Numbered from the stretch's first letter, positions 28,942 through 38,476 are shown. The stretch: DNA of 64,000 nucleotides from Clostridia bacterium (GCA_045545295.1 JAZQAO010000054.1:20826-84825); one strand, 5' to 3'. A program made the numbers and translations. The notes: a model not told the origin generated them from the letters alone.

Positions 28942-31401
28942 TTAAGATTTATATAAAGTTACATTTCCGTTAAAGAAGTAATCATACTTACTTTTAAAAG
29001 CATTAAGCTGCATTGTAAGCTCATTCGCCTCCTGAATATTTCCGACACTTTTATGTGCAGCAATAAGCGTTGTATAGCTCTCAGCTACCAGCAGTACATG
29101 TGCATTTTTATAAAAAGCATTTAAAACAAGATTGTGTCTTTTTTCAAAACATTCCAACGCTTCATCAAATTCCCATTGTTTTTTAAGCATTTCTCCCTTT
29201 GTTTTCAAAGCTTCAGCCATTTCAAGTTTATAAATCGACAATGGGGTTTCCATTATAATTGCACTGTTAATCTCAAGCCCCTTATCAAGTAACGAATATG
29301 CTTTTTCCGTGAGTTTTAAATCCGTATATATTTCTGAGGCCATATAGTAACATTTATAAAGTTGCTGTTTTAACGGGATTGTATGAATATCCTCAGAAAT
29401 TTCACTATACAACCGAAGTGCGGTCTTTAAATATTCAACAGTATCTTCTTCGTTTTTCAGTCTGTGCCGTACACGGGCAAGATTCAGATAGCTTTCTGCA
29501 ACAATCATGCGAATTTCAACAGTTTTGCTTCTGTCAATTAACTTCAGTGCAACATCATGAGCCTTTGAAAAAGCTAATTCTGCAGCGTTAAGGTGGTTTT
29601 CAACGTTTATTCCGATATGCTGCTCACCATCGTTCTTAAAGGTATTATAGGCAATAATATTTGTGCTTGAATCATTATAGTATTTATTTATTGCCTCTGA
29701 AAGATTTGCTGCAGCACCTATGAAAACAAAAGCCTGTTCCTCCATATCTAACCGATTGTAGTATTCTCCTATACTGCTGAGGTTGAACAAGACTTTTTTA
29801 AGCGTTTGCAGTGAGTTTGAAGGCACACCTGAACCCCTGTATTCAAGAAGCTTTTCTTTAAGCTCTTTAAGATTCACTTTTATGGTCGTTTTAAGCCCGA
29901 TTATGTTATCGCTCTCATACTGACATTTTGCAAGTAATATATAAGCATAAATAAGGTCTACCACAGAGTTTTCAACAGTATCTGACATATATATTTCTCT
30001 TCGGATTCCGATAGCTTTTTCTATGTAACTATAGCAATTTTCACTGTAATTTCCTGTTTTAATAAGAAGAAGCGCTGCCGATTCATAAGCCTCCGCAATA
30101 TGAATTTTCGCAAAATTTTCGTTTACAAACACTGATGCAGACATAAATCTGACTATTTCCATAAAAGACGCAGCAGCCGCATCTGTATTTTTGCCGCAGA
30201 CATAAATATCAGCCAATTCTTTGTATGCTGCAATAACATTTTCTGCATTTTCCTTAGTTGAAGAATTCTCAAAGTCGAATTTTCTTTGGTCTATATATTT
30301 TTTTTGCCATAAAGCCGCATTTTCTGTATCAATTGCACAACCGTCACCGTACTTATACATTGAAACCAAAGCGGGTATTGCATCTGATACCCCTTCCATA
30401 GCTGCGCTGCTTATCATTTTCATTGCTATGTCAGCGTTCTTTTCTACATATATTCCTTTAAGAAAAGCCAAGCCGATAAAGAAGTCCCGTTCGGGAGTTT
30501 TCTCGCTGATAACAATTCCATTTTCTGCAAGTAGCTTTTTTATAATATCTTTTATACGATCAGTTTCCGAAGACGATATTATTTCCGGAAGTGCAGGATA
30601 GTTTGACTTAACCTCATCTGCATTGGTCTTCACTGCCTCTATCGGAACAATCGTTTTATGCAAAGACTTTGCAATGGGATATTCTACAATTTTGATATAG
30701 TTTTCCTCTTCCAGTATGCTGGGGGTTACCATAAGAATAAAAATTGCACTATTCTGAAGTTCCGATTTTATACTGTCATTAAAATCTTCTCCGGGAACCA
30801 AAAACTCGTCATACCAGATTGCAATATTTTTCAGTTCATCGCTTGAATGAATGATATCAAACAGCTTTTGGGTATACTTCCTGTCTTTTTTTCTGTAACT
30901 GAGGAATATCGTGGCATCGAAAGACTTACGAAGTTTACCAAAGTCATACGCAAGCGAAAGTGCCTGTGTTAAAAAGAGGCGGATTTTTTCCAAATATGGG
31001 ATTGCAGTAAAATCAACATTTTCAATGCAAGCGTTTATACACTGTATATTTGCAAATTTTTCGTTAAAAATTGCTTCAAGACCGTTTTCAACCATAATCG
31101 GAAGAACCGGGATTTTAGCTTCGATTGCTGCATCAAATCTCCGCCTGTCAAAACCTGAATCAAACAGGACGCTTGAAGAAACTATCAGCACATAAAGGTT
31201 TACTTTTGAAACGTCAAAATCATAATCCGTTTTATAAAGCTCCTTGTTCTCTTTGTCATCATAAAAAATTGTACACTTGCAAATGTCAAAAATATCATTC
31301 TTGATTTTAAGGAAATGGTCTGAATCTTTTTCATAGAAATCACAAAACAATTTATAATGAGACTGTGACATATCCTGAACATTGCTTAAATACTTTATCA
31401 T
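28942..31401 (-). CDS. TIR-domain protein with Sel1/TPR-repeat C-terminal region
   Basis: TIR-like segment IFLSYRKKDRKYTQKLFDIIHSS...AIFILMVTPSILEEENYIKIVEYPIA; preceding degenerate TIR-like segment; Sel1/TPR helices downstream; locally AT-rich. Confidence 0.7.
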   Translation of the reverse strand: MIKYLSNVQDMSQSHYKLFCDFYEKDSDHFLKIKNDIFDICKCTIFYDDKENKELYKTDYDFDVSKVNLYVLIVSSSVLFDSGFDRRRFDAAIEAKIPVLPIMVENGLEAIFNEKFANIQCINACIENVDFTAIPYLEKIRLFLTQALSLAYDFGKLRKSFDATIFLSYRKKDRKYTQKLFDIIHSSDELKNIAIWYDEFLVPGEDFNDSIKSELQNSAIFILMVTPSILEEENYIKIVEYPIAKSLHKTIVPIEAVKTNADEVKSNYPALPEIISSSETDRIKDIIKKLLAENGIVISEKTPERDFFIGLAFLKGIYVEKNADIAMKMISSAAMEGVSDAIPALVSMYKYGDGCAIDTENAALWQKKYIDQRKFDFENSSTKENAENVIAAYKELADIYVCGKNTDAAAASFMEIVRFMSASVFVNENFAKIHIAEAYESAALLLIKTGNYSENCYSYIEKAIGIRREIYMSDTVENSVVDLIYAYILLAKCQYESDNIIGLKTTIKVNLKELKEKLLEYRGSGVPSNSLQTLKKVLFNLSSIGEYYNRLDMEEQAFVFIGAAANLSEAINKYYNDSSTNIIAYNTFKNDGEQHIGINVENHLNAAELAFSKAHDVALKLIDRSKTVEIRMIVAESYLNLARVRHRLKNEEDTVEYLKTALRLYSEISEDIHTIPLKQQLYKCYYMASEIYTDLKLTEKAYSLLDKGLEINSAIIMETPLSIYKLEMAEALKTKGEMLKKQWEFDEALECFEKRHNLVLNAFYKNAHVLLVAESYTTLIAAHKSVGNIQEANELTMQLNAFKSKYDYFFNGNVTLYKS

Positions 31402-31496
31402 TTATAAACTCCCATCACATTTCGCACTCTTAAAAGCATAACAAAACACGCACAAAAGGCCAATAAACTCCGTATATTTCAGCCATATAGCAAAAC

Positions 31497-31540
31497 AACA
31501 ATGCCTTTTGAGACTGCAACAGTTGCAATTCCAAAAGGCA
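31497..31540 (-). terminator. Compound hairpin downstream of the GT2 gene
   Basis: aatgccttttg ...loop... caaaaggcatt 11-bp stem read directly; weak T-tract. Confidence 0.35.
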
Positions 31541-31545
31541 TTCTT

Positions 31546-32496
31546 TTAATCTTCTTCAGTTCTTTCGCTGATAATATACCGGGGTCTGTTTTTCACTTCC
31601 ATATATATTTTACCTATATATTCCCCGATAATACCTATGCATATAAGCTGTACAGAAGAAAGCAAGCAAATAGCTGCAACGATACTTGCCCAGCCCGCCT
31701 CAGTTATCCCGACAAATTTTGCTACAATAGCCCATATCAAGCCAATCACACTACCGGCTGACATAATTATGCCAAGGGTTGAAATCAATCGGAGAGGTTT
31801 GACAGAAAGGCTTGTAATTCCGTCAATTGCAAGTGCAAGCATCTTACTGAGAGGATAATGAGTTTCACCGGCAAATCTTTCTTTACGCTCATAGTAAACT
31901 GAGCTTGATTTAAATCCCACAAGAGGAATCATTCCGCGCAGGAACAGATTAACTTCCCTGAAGTTTGCAAACTCCTTCAAAACTCTGGAAGAAATCAGTC
32001 GGTAGTCCGCATGATTGAACACCACCTCTGCCCCCATAGCATTCAGGAACTTGTAAAAACCTTCAGCAGTAGCTCTTTTGAAAAAGGTATCTGTTTTCCT
32101 GCTGCTTCTTACGCCGTAAACCACTTCCGAGCCGGATAAATATTCTTCAACCATCTGCGTCATAACAGAAATATCATCCTGTCCGTCGCAATCAATTGAG
32201 ATAGTAATGTCACATTTGTCCTTTGCTTCCATAAGTCCGGCAAGAACAGCGTTCTGATGTCCGCGGTTACGGCTCTGAGAAATGCCGACAAACGACTTGT
32301 TTTCACTGGCAAGATTCTTTATAATTTCCCATGTTGTGTCCTTACTGCCGTCATTCACAAACATTATTTTGCTTTCTTGTGAGATCAGATTTTTCTCCTG
32401 CATTAGCTCAAGCTGTTCAAGAAAAAGCGGTGCCGTGATTGGCAATACTTTTTCCTCGTTATAACAGGGAATTACCATATATAATATCGGTTTCAT
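31546..32496 (-). CDS. GT2 polyprenyl-phosphate sugar transferase (GtrB/CsbB-like) with C-terminal TM helices
   Basis: VIPCYNEE, FVNDGSKDTT, DCDGQDD motifs; two C-terminal hydrophobic helices. Confidence 0.8.
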   Translation of the reverse strand: MKPILYMVIPCYNEEKVLPITAPLFLEQLELMQEKNLISQESKIMFVNDGSKDTTWEIIKNLASENKSFVGISQSRNRGHQNAVLAGLMEAKDKCDITISIDCDGQDDISVMTQMVEEYLSGSEVVYGVRSSRKTDTFFKRATAEGFYKFLNAMGAEVVFNHADYRLISSRVLKEFANFREVNLFLRGMIPLVGFKSSSVYYERKERFAGETHYPLSKMLALAIDGITSLSVKPLRLISTLGIIMSAGSVIGLIWAIVAKFVGITEAGWASIVAAICLLSSVQLICIGIIGEYIGKIYMEVKNRPRYIISERTEED

Positions 32497-33959
32497 TTCT
32501 TTTCACCTTCAGGCATAATGCCTTCCTTTCTTTTTCTGAATAGATAAAATTGAGATATTATTATAAGAAAAGGTATAACACTGTAATGATATCTTCCCGC
32601 AACCTCAACAAGCATCTGAGCACATATTATACCAATTACATACAACGGTAAAATATATACCGGAGATTTGTTGGAGGTTTTCAGCATTTTACATGCACCT
32701 AAAATACTCAATAATACTGTAAAATAATAAAAGATATTACAAATTGAATTCATATATCCAACTTCCGGAATTATAGTCTTACAATACTCTACGCAAGCAG
32801 TATCATCACCCAGAAAAACGTATAGCTTACTCATGAAAAGTCTGACAAAATCAATGTTACCGGAAGTTATTCTGGTTTTAGCTTCACCCAGCATCTGCTT
32901 TTGCGCCCAGTCAGCCGTTGCTCCCTCCTGGTCGTTGTAGTAGGAAAGCAAAGCGGAATCTTCCTGATTCCACGATCCCTTCGACTGTTCATTGAAACCT
33001 ACATAAATATTATATCCAGGTACAGATGCGGCTGCTTCCCCTATTCTGGAGGTAAAATGCACATTCCACAAACTTCCCAGAGAAAAATACACAACAAACA
33101 ATGCCGCAAAAAAAGATAGCCACTTACAAAAAAAAGCTTTATGAAACAGCTCTTTGAATCTTAATACAAAAATCCAGATAAGCATTGCAATAACAAGCAC
33201 CATTGCAATGGGTCTGCTTACGTTAATGCACTGTAAAATAACGGCCGCTAAAGCACCGTAAAACAGCATTTTTTTCCAGTTTAAAGCTTCTTCTTTCTGT
33301 GATATCACAATGACAAGATATACAAATCCAAGTATAAATGTTGTATAAAGCGGGTCAGACAACACCAGGCAGTTATATATCGTCTGCGAAGGACAAATTG
33401 TCCACAAAGAAAAAGCTAATACTGCAGAAGTGGTTGAAATTAAATTCTTGACAATTTTATATATAAAAACACCGGAAATTACAGACAAAACGACATTCAG
33501 CATTGTTGCCAAAAATACGCTCTGTCCGAAAATTTTCATAAAAATACTTAAAAATGTCGAATATCCCAATATATGCGGAAACAAAGCAACATAACGGTTT
33601 GGTGTTTTCCACGATTCTGACAAAGCAGCAGCTACATCATAAAAAGTTTCGTAATCCACCTGTGGCTCTATTCTCTTAAAATAAATCCACGCAAATTTGA
33701 AAACGAAACAAATCAAGGACAAAACTATCAACAATCTAGCATCCGATGATGAGTCGAAATATGTTTCATATTTTTTTGATACTTTCACAACGGCAAAAGC
33801 CAGCAAAATCGCTCCGAGCATTGCCGAAGTTGCATAAAAATTACCCATAAATGTTATAAATGCAAATGCCCCCATAAAAGCCATAAGCATTAACCTGTAT
33901 AAGTAACACGGTATTTGTTCATTAAGACTCCTCTTAATTTTTTTTGTAGTCATAACCAT
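32493..33959 (-). CDS. Polytopic membrane protein, probable GT-C-fold glycosyltransferase partner of the GtrB-like enzyme
   Basis: 488 aa, >10 predicted TM segments; 4-bp overlap with downstream GT2 gene (translational coupling). Confidence 0.55.
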   Translation of the reverse strand: MVMTTKKIKRSLNEQIPCYLYRLMLMAFMGAFAFITFMGNFYATSAMLGAILLAFAVVKVSKKYETYFDSSSDARLLIVLSLICFVFKFAWIYFKRIEPQVDYETFYDVAAALSESWKTPNRYVALFPHILGYSTFLSIFMKIFGQSVFLATMLNVVLSVISGVFIYKIVKNLISTTSAVLAFSLWTICPSQTIYNCLVLSDPLYTTFILGFVYLVIVISQKEEALNWKKMLFYGALAAVILQCINVSRPIAMVLVIAMLIWIFVLRFKELFHKAFFCKWLSFFAALFVVYFSLGSLWNVHFTSRIGEAAASVPGYNIYVGFNEQSKGSWNQEDSALLSYYNDQEGATADWAQKQMLGEAKTRITSGNIDFVRLFMSKLYVFLGDDTACVEYCKTIIPEVGYMNSICNIFYYFTVLLSILGACKMLKTSNKSPVYILPLYVIGIICAQMLVEVAGRYHYSVIPFLIIISQFYLFRKRKEGIMPEGEKK

Positions 33960-33989
33960 TTTCTCCTTATATAATTATCCGTATGATTT

Positions 33990-34463
33990 TTACGGATAGT
34001 CAAAACCACCGTTATCAATGTTGCATCTTTTTAATCTGCCTGCTCCCTTTTTTAATCCCTTTACAAGACCATACTTCTCTATGGATAATCTCATATATTC
34101 AGAGCAGGAAGGTTCAAACCTGCATTTATTCCTTATGTGCGCCGGAGCGTATCTTTGATATATTTGTATCATTAAAACGGCTGTCTTTTTCAGATATATC
34201 ACCATAAAAATAAAAAAGACCAGACAAGCAGTCACACTACTGACAATCAAAGATCGGCTTACAAAGTAAGAAGCAAAAAAACACACGCCCAAAAGCACTA
34301 CATTCCCCACCAGAATCAGCAGAATTTTAATCCAGTTAATTTTAGGTCTGACTAGTATTCTTTTGTAGTTGCACGACGTAGGATTGTTTTCATCACTGAA
34401 TAATTGTTGTGCCAAAACATTCATATTTCCAAAATCTTCTTCAGAAAATTCAATACTTTTCAC
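33990..34463 (-). CDS. YidD-family (membrane protein insertion efficiency factor-like) protein with ~90-aa N-terminal 2-TM extension; GTG start
   Basis: IYQRYAPAHIRNKCRFEPSCSEYMRLSIEKYGLVKGLKKGAGRLKRCNIDNGGFDYP matches YidD CRFxPxCS...RC.P..GG.D.P; GGAGG RBS 8 nt before GTG. Confidence 0.65.
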   Translation of the reverse strand: MKSIEFSEEDFGNMNVLAQQLFSDENNPTSCNYKRILVRPKINWIKILLILVGNVVLLGVCFFASYFVSRSLIVSSVTACLVFFIFMVIYLKKTAVLMIQIYQRYAPAHIRNKCRFEPSCSEYMRLSIEKYGLVKGLKKGAGRLKRCNIDNGGFDYP

Positions 34464-34514
34464 CGAAAATCCTCCGTTTTACAAAAATCCACACATAAGC
34501 ATTGTTTTTATAGA

Positions 34515-34736
34515 TTATGCTTCTTTTTCAAATATCAACATATAGTAGTTCACGGGTGTCGGCTGCTGAAAACAACCGGGAGCTTCAGTTACGGTAATTG
34601 TTTCCATTGAATGGTATGTCCAACCATTTCTTGCTTCACCGTTAATAATATCTGCAAACATATCGAATGCTGCCTGTGTGTTACCTTTGTCAACACTAAC
34701 GCTCTTAGGACCTGCTACTGCTTTATACTGTTTCAT
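34515..34736 (-). CDS. Small hypothetical protein (DUF4177-like impression)
   Basis: Start chosen at internal Met MKQYKAV with AGGGGA RBS; the longer ORF-track form lacks RBS. Confidence 0.45.
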   Translation of the reverse strand: MKQYKAVAGPKSVSVDKGNTQAAFDMFADIINGEARNGWTYHSMETITVTEAPGCFQQPTPVNYYMLIFEKEA

Positions 34737-34920
34737 AAAATCCCCTCTTCTTTCGTAGTTGCTTATGTGTGAATTTACTGTATCATTTTCATCGACGACT
34801 GCCTTTTTTATTTTAACACTTTTTTCAAAAATTGTCAATTAAAAACAGTGCTTATTATGCTTATTCAATTTTTCCTTTTTTAAATTTCTATTTTACTTTT
34901 TCCGCTTACTGTGTTACAAT

Positions 34921-35108
34921 AAAAAAGAAGCGTGCCGCTTCACCCACGTCGCGTCCAAACTTAACTTAAAACCCACAAATATTGCTCGCGATAAAAAACG
35001 CAATTTCCTATACGATAAAAAAGAAGCTTGCCGCTTCACCCATGTCGCGCACCTGCAAATGTCGAACATAGCTTCACGCGAATAAAATTACGCAAATTCC
35101 TATAAGGT
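34921..35108 (+). repeat. Two tandem copies of the modular interspersed repeat (core subtypes A and D)
   Basis: Direct sequence identity of left and right modules with other loci. Confidence 0.85.
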
Positions 35109-35130
35109 AAAAAAGGGTGGTGATTCTGCA

Positions 35131-35973
35131 ATGAAACTGTGCGATTTACACACACATTCCGTTTATTCCGACGGAACAGATACTCCTGCCGGAATTGTTT
35201 CCATCGCATTAAAATCCGGTCTTAGTGCAGTTGCTTTATGTGACCACAACACGGTTGACGGTCTGTCTGAATTTATAAAAGCAGCAAACGGTAAAAAAAT
35301 CAAAGCTATTGCAGGAGCAGAATTTTCTGTTGATTATCTTGGAACAGAGCTGCATCTTCTCGGTCTTTTCATACCGGAAAGCTCTTTCCCTCAGGTATCT
35401 TACCTGATGCAGGATGTAAAAAAGCGAAAAGAAAAAAGTAATTTTGAGTTAATTCATCTGCTTAACAAAGCAGGTTATTCCATAGATTTTGAACGGATAA
35501 AAAGCTCTACCCCCTCAGGATCTTTCAATAGAGCACATATTGCCGAAGAACTTACAAGGAAAGGCTACACAGCATCTATTTTGGAAGCTTTCAGGACACT
35601 TTTGTCACCTGAATGCGGTTTTTATAAAGAGCCAAAGAGGATATCAGTTTTTGAAATGCTGGACTTTTTAAAGAATATAGGCGCAGTTCCCGTTCTTGCA
35701 CATCCTTTTCTAAACTTAAACGAAAAAAATCTCAGGGAGCTTTTGCCTCAACTTACAAAAAAAGGGCTTATCGGAATGGAGTGCCTTTACTCTTCCTACA
35801 GCTCTGAGGAAACCGAGAAATCCCTGCTTTTAGCAAAGGAATTTGGACTGAAGTGCAGCGGTGGAAGTGATTATCACGGCAACAGAAAGCCGGATATAGA
35901 ACTTGGAACAGGAAAAGGAAATCTGGCAGTCCCGTACACATGGGCAGAAGAGCTTGAAGACTTCATAAAATAA
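35131..35973 (+). CDS. PHP-domain phosphoesterase (TrpH/YciV-like)
   Basis: DLHTHSVYSDGTDTP and CDHNTVDG metal-binding motifs. Confidence 0.8.
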   Translation: MKLCDLHTHSVYSDGTDTPAGIVSIALKSGLSAVALCDHNTVDGLSEFIKAANGKKIKAIAGAEFSVDYLGTELHLLGLFIPESSFPQVSYLMQDVKKRKEKSNFELIHLLNKAGYSIDFERIKSSTPSGSFNRAHIAEELTRKGYTASILEAFRTLLSPECGFYKEPKRISVFEMLDFLKNIGAVPVLAHPFLNLNEKNLRELLPQLTKKGLIGMECLYSSYSSEETEKSLLLAKEFGLKCSGGSDYHGNRKPDIELGTGKGNLAVPYTWAEELEDFIK

Positions 35974-35990
35974 ATTACGGAGGAAATTTA

Positions 35991-36419
35991 ATGGATGATT
36001 TTAACCTGAAAAGATTTCACGACGCACAAAGCTTCAGCTATGAAACAGCTCTCAGAGAAATGCAAAACGGTTCAAAACAAACCCACTGGATATGGTATAT
36101 CTTCCCTAATTTAAAAGGGCTCGGAAAGAGCTACAATGCTGAATTTTACGGAATCAGCGGTCTTGAAGAAGCCATAGCTTATATGCAGGACCCTATTCTA
36201 AGCGGAAGATTGATTGAAATTGCCAAAGCCGTTACGCAGCATAGCGAAAAAACCGCTTTAGAAATAATGGGCTCTTCTATTGACGCAATAAAACTTCGTT
36301 CCTGTATGACCTTATTCAGAGAAGCTGCACCTGAAATTGAAGTGTTTGATGATGTGCTCAGAATTTTTTATAACGGAAAGCCGGATTTCAAAACATTTAG
36401 TATGTTGAAAAAAAGCTAG
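35991..36419 (+). CDS. DUF1810-family protein
   Basis: HWIWYIFPNLKGLGKS signature; GGAGG RBS. Confidence 0.65.
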   Translation: MDDFNLKRFHDAQSFSYETALREMQNGSKQTHWIWYIFPNLKGLGKSYNAEFYGISGLEEAIAYMQDPILSGRLIEIAKAVTQHSEKTALEIMGSSIDAIKLRSCMTLFREAAPEIEVFDDVLRIFYNGKPDFKTFSMLKKS

Positions 36420-36518
36420 AATCCGCATCAAAAAATATTTTTATCAAAAGACAATTTATTTACTATTGATTTTATATTTCTTATATGCTATTATAACCGA
36501 CAGAAAGGATGTTTTTAA

Positions 36519-36782
36519 ATGAAAATAAAAGACGGTTACATATTGAGCTCAGTCGCAGGGAAAAACATTGTCGTTTCCGTTGGCAGCGATGCGGATTTTT
36601 CCGGAATGCTGACACTTAATGAAACAGGAATGTTTTTCTGGAAGCTGCTTGAAAACGAAACAACAAAAGAAGAAATGATTTCAGCAGTTATGGCAGAGTA
36701 TGATGTTGACGAAAAAACAGTTTCCGAAGACATAGAAGAGTTTTTGACAAAAATAAGAGAAAAAGGAATACTGGAGGAATAA
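36519..36782 (+). CDS. PqqD-like small protein (RiPP-recognition-element type)
   Basis: 87 aa; LTLNETGMFFWKLLENETTKEEMISAVMAEYDVDEKTVSEDIEEFLTKIREKGIL matches PqqD pattern (LN.tg..iW.l.dG..t.eei...l...y.v......dv..fl..L...gl). Confidence 0.5.
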   Translation: MKIKDGYILSSVAGKNIVVSVGSDADFSGMLTLNETGMFFWKLLENETTKEEMISAVMAEYDVDEKTVSEDIEEFLTKIREKGILEE

Positions 36783-36785
36783 ATT

Positions 36786-38018
36786 ATGGAAATAAAGCAA
36801 GAGATAAGACTGCTTGCGCAAGAGGTAGAAAAAGAGATTGCTCCCCTCCTTGACAAAGTTGACAAAACAGCAATGGCAAATCAGGAGAAGGTGCTTGATG
36901 CATTTATAAAGCACCGTGTAGGTGAAAATTGTCTCTATCCCTCAACCGGATACGGTTACGGAGATGTTGGTCGGGAAACACTTGAAAGCATTTATGCCGA
37001 TGTTTTCGGTGCGGAGGACGCAATTGTAAGGCACAACATTGTAAACGGTACACACTGTCTTGCAATTTCTCTGTTTTCTGTTCTGAGACCCGGTGACACC
37101 CTTCTTGCCGGTGCAGGAAAACCATACGATACTCTTGAGGAAGTTATTGGCATTTCAGGAAATGCAGGAGGAAATCTTAAAGAATTCGGCATCGGATATA
37201 AGCAGGTTGACCTGATAGATGGAAAAATTGATCTTGATGGAATAAAAAAAGCCCTTACTCCCGATGTAAGGGCAGTTATTCTTCAGCGTTCAAAAGGATA
37301 TGACTGGAGGGATACCTTAAGCAGCCAGGCACTTGGAGAAGCTATTTCTTTTGTTCACGGGATAAATCCCGATATTTGCTGTATTGTTGATAACTGCTAC
37401 GGGGAATTTGCAGAAACAACCGAACCAACACAGTTCGGAGCAGATATGGTAGTTGGCTCGCTTATAAAAAACACCGGTGGCGGAATTGCTCAGACAGGAG
37501 GTTATATTGCAGGCAAAGCAAAATATATTGAGCTTGCCGCAAACAGAACTACTGCACCGGGAATAGGCAAAGAATGTGGCGCAACAATCGGGCAGAACAG
37601 ATTTATGTATCAGGGGCTTTTTATGGCTCCTCACACCGTTGCACAGGCGATTAAAAGTGCAATTTTCGCCGGAGCGCTTCTTTCTAAAATGGGCTACGAG
37701 GTTAATCCTCTCCCCGACGGGAATCATTATGATATAATACAGGCCATTAAATTTAACGACAAGGATAAGCTTATAAGGTTTATTCAGGGCATTCAGAAAG
37801 CATCTCCCATTGACAGCTATGCTATTCCGATGCCTTGGGATATGCCGGGTTATCAGCATCAGGTAATTATGGCGGCAGGTACGTTTGTATCCGGCGCGAG
37901 CATTGAATTAAGTGCAGATGCACCGATTAAGGAGCCGTATGTAGGATTTTTACAGGGCGGACTTACTTATGAAAGCGCAAAGCTTGCTATTATGTACGCC
38001 GCAGGCGAAATACTATAA
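36786..38018 (+). CDS. YnbB / aluminium-resistance family PLP-dependent enzyme (Met-gamma-lyase-like fold)
   Basis: PSTGYGYGDVGRETLESIYADVFGAE, GKPYDTLEE, RSKGY, VDNCYGEF, SLIKNTGGGIAQTGGYI motifs; start 4 nt after the pqqD-like stop, with its RBS inside that gene. Confidence 0.75.
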   Translation: MEIKQEIRLLAQEVEKEIAPLLDKVDKTAMANQEKVLDAFIKHRVGENCLYPSTGYGYGDVGRETLESIYADVFGAEDAIVRHNIVNGTHCLAISLFSVLRPGDTLLAGAGKPYDTLEEVIGISGNAGGNLKEFGIGYKQVDLIDGKIDLDGIKKALTPDVRAVILQRSKGYDWRDTLSSQALGEAISFVHGINPDICCIVDNCYGEFAETTEPTQFGADMVVGSLIKNTGGGIAQTGGYIAGKAKYIELAANRTTAPGIGKECGATIGQNRFMYQGLFMAPHTVAQAIKSAIFAGALLSKMGYEVNPLPDGNHYDIIQAIKFNDKDKLIRFIQGIQKASPIDSYAIPMPWDMPGYQHQVIMAAGTFVSGASIELSADAPIKEPYVGFLQGGLTYESAKLAIMYAAGEIL

Positions 38019-38032
38019 ATCATAAATTAAAA

Positions 38033-38078
38033 AGTTGGAGTAAAGAGCCGAGTTCTCTACTCCAACTTTTTAATTTAA
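38033..38078. terminator. Bidirectional hairpin terminator between convergent genes
   Basis: aaaaagttggagta ...15 nt... tactccaactttttaa; 10-bp perfect stem with A/T runs both sides. Confidence 0.65.
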
Positions 38079-38293
38079 CTGAAAATTGCGGTAAGTATTG
38101 CTATAACCAGCGCAATAACCATAACAACTGCACAAACTTTCGCCAGTGTTATGAGAAAAACTATTCTTGTAATCCAGTAAAGCAGCAAAAGTCCCAGTGC
38201 AACTACTCCGGAAGCTATTACGACTTTCCCGAAAACAGAATCAAGAAATGCCGCAATAATTGCAACTACGATTATTAAAACTACCCAAGTCAT
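38075..38293 (-). CDS. Small two-TM membrane protein (hypothetical)
   Basis: 72 aa, hydrophobic; AGGAG RBS before ATG 38293. Confidence 0.45.
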   Translation of the reverse strand: MTWVVLIIVVAIIAAFLDSVFGKVVIASGVVALGLLLLYWITRIVFLITLAKVCAVVMVIALVIAILTAIFS

Positions 38294-38384
38294 AATAAAT
38301 CTCCTTTTTCTCAACAAATTGCTCTGTTATTAAGCATATTAACACATTTTTCTCCTTTTGTCAAAACTTTACTTTCATACAATT

Positions 38385-38476
38385 AAAAAAGAAGCGTGCC
38401 GCTTCACCCATGTCGCGCACCTGCAAATGTCGAACATAGCTTCACGCGAATAAAATTACGCAATTTCCTATACGGT
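38385..38476 (+). repeat. Single copy of the modular interspersed repeat (core subtype D)
   Basis: Identical core to the second copy at 35017..35108. Confidence 0.85.

Noticed and set aside
27800-34500. Looked for integrase, transposase, recombinase or phage genes that would define the AT-rich stretch as a classical mobile island
   Set aside because: None found; flanks are spoVT and a PHP phosphoesterase with repeat elements but no att-like direct repeats that I could identify, so it is described only as compositionally atypical
36536-36914. Antisense ORFs 36536..36865 and 36681..36914 as possible RiPP precursor peptides for the PqqD-like protein
   Set aside because: They lie antisense across the pqqD-like/ynbB junction, are Ser-rich low-complexity translations, and have no RBS
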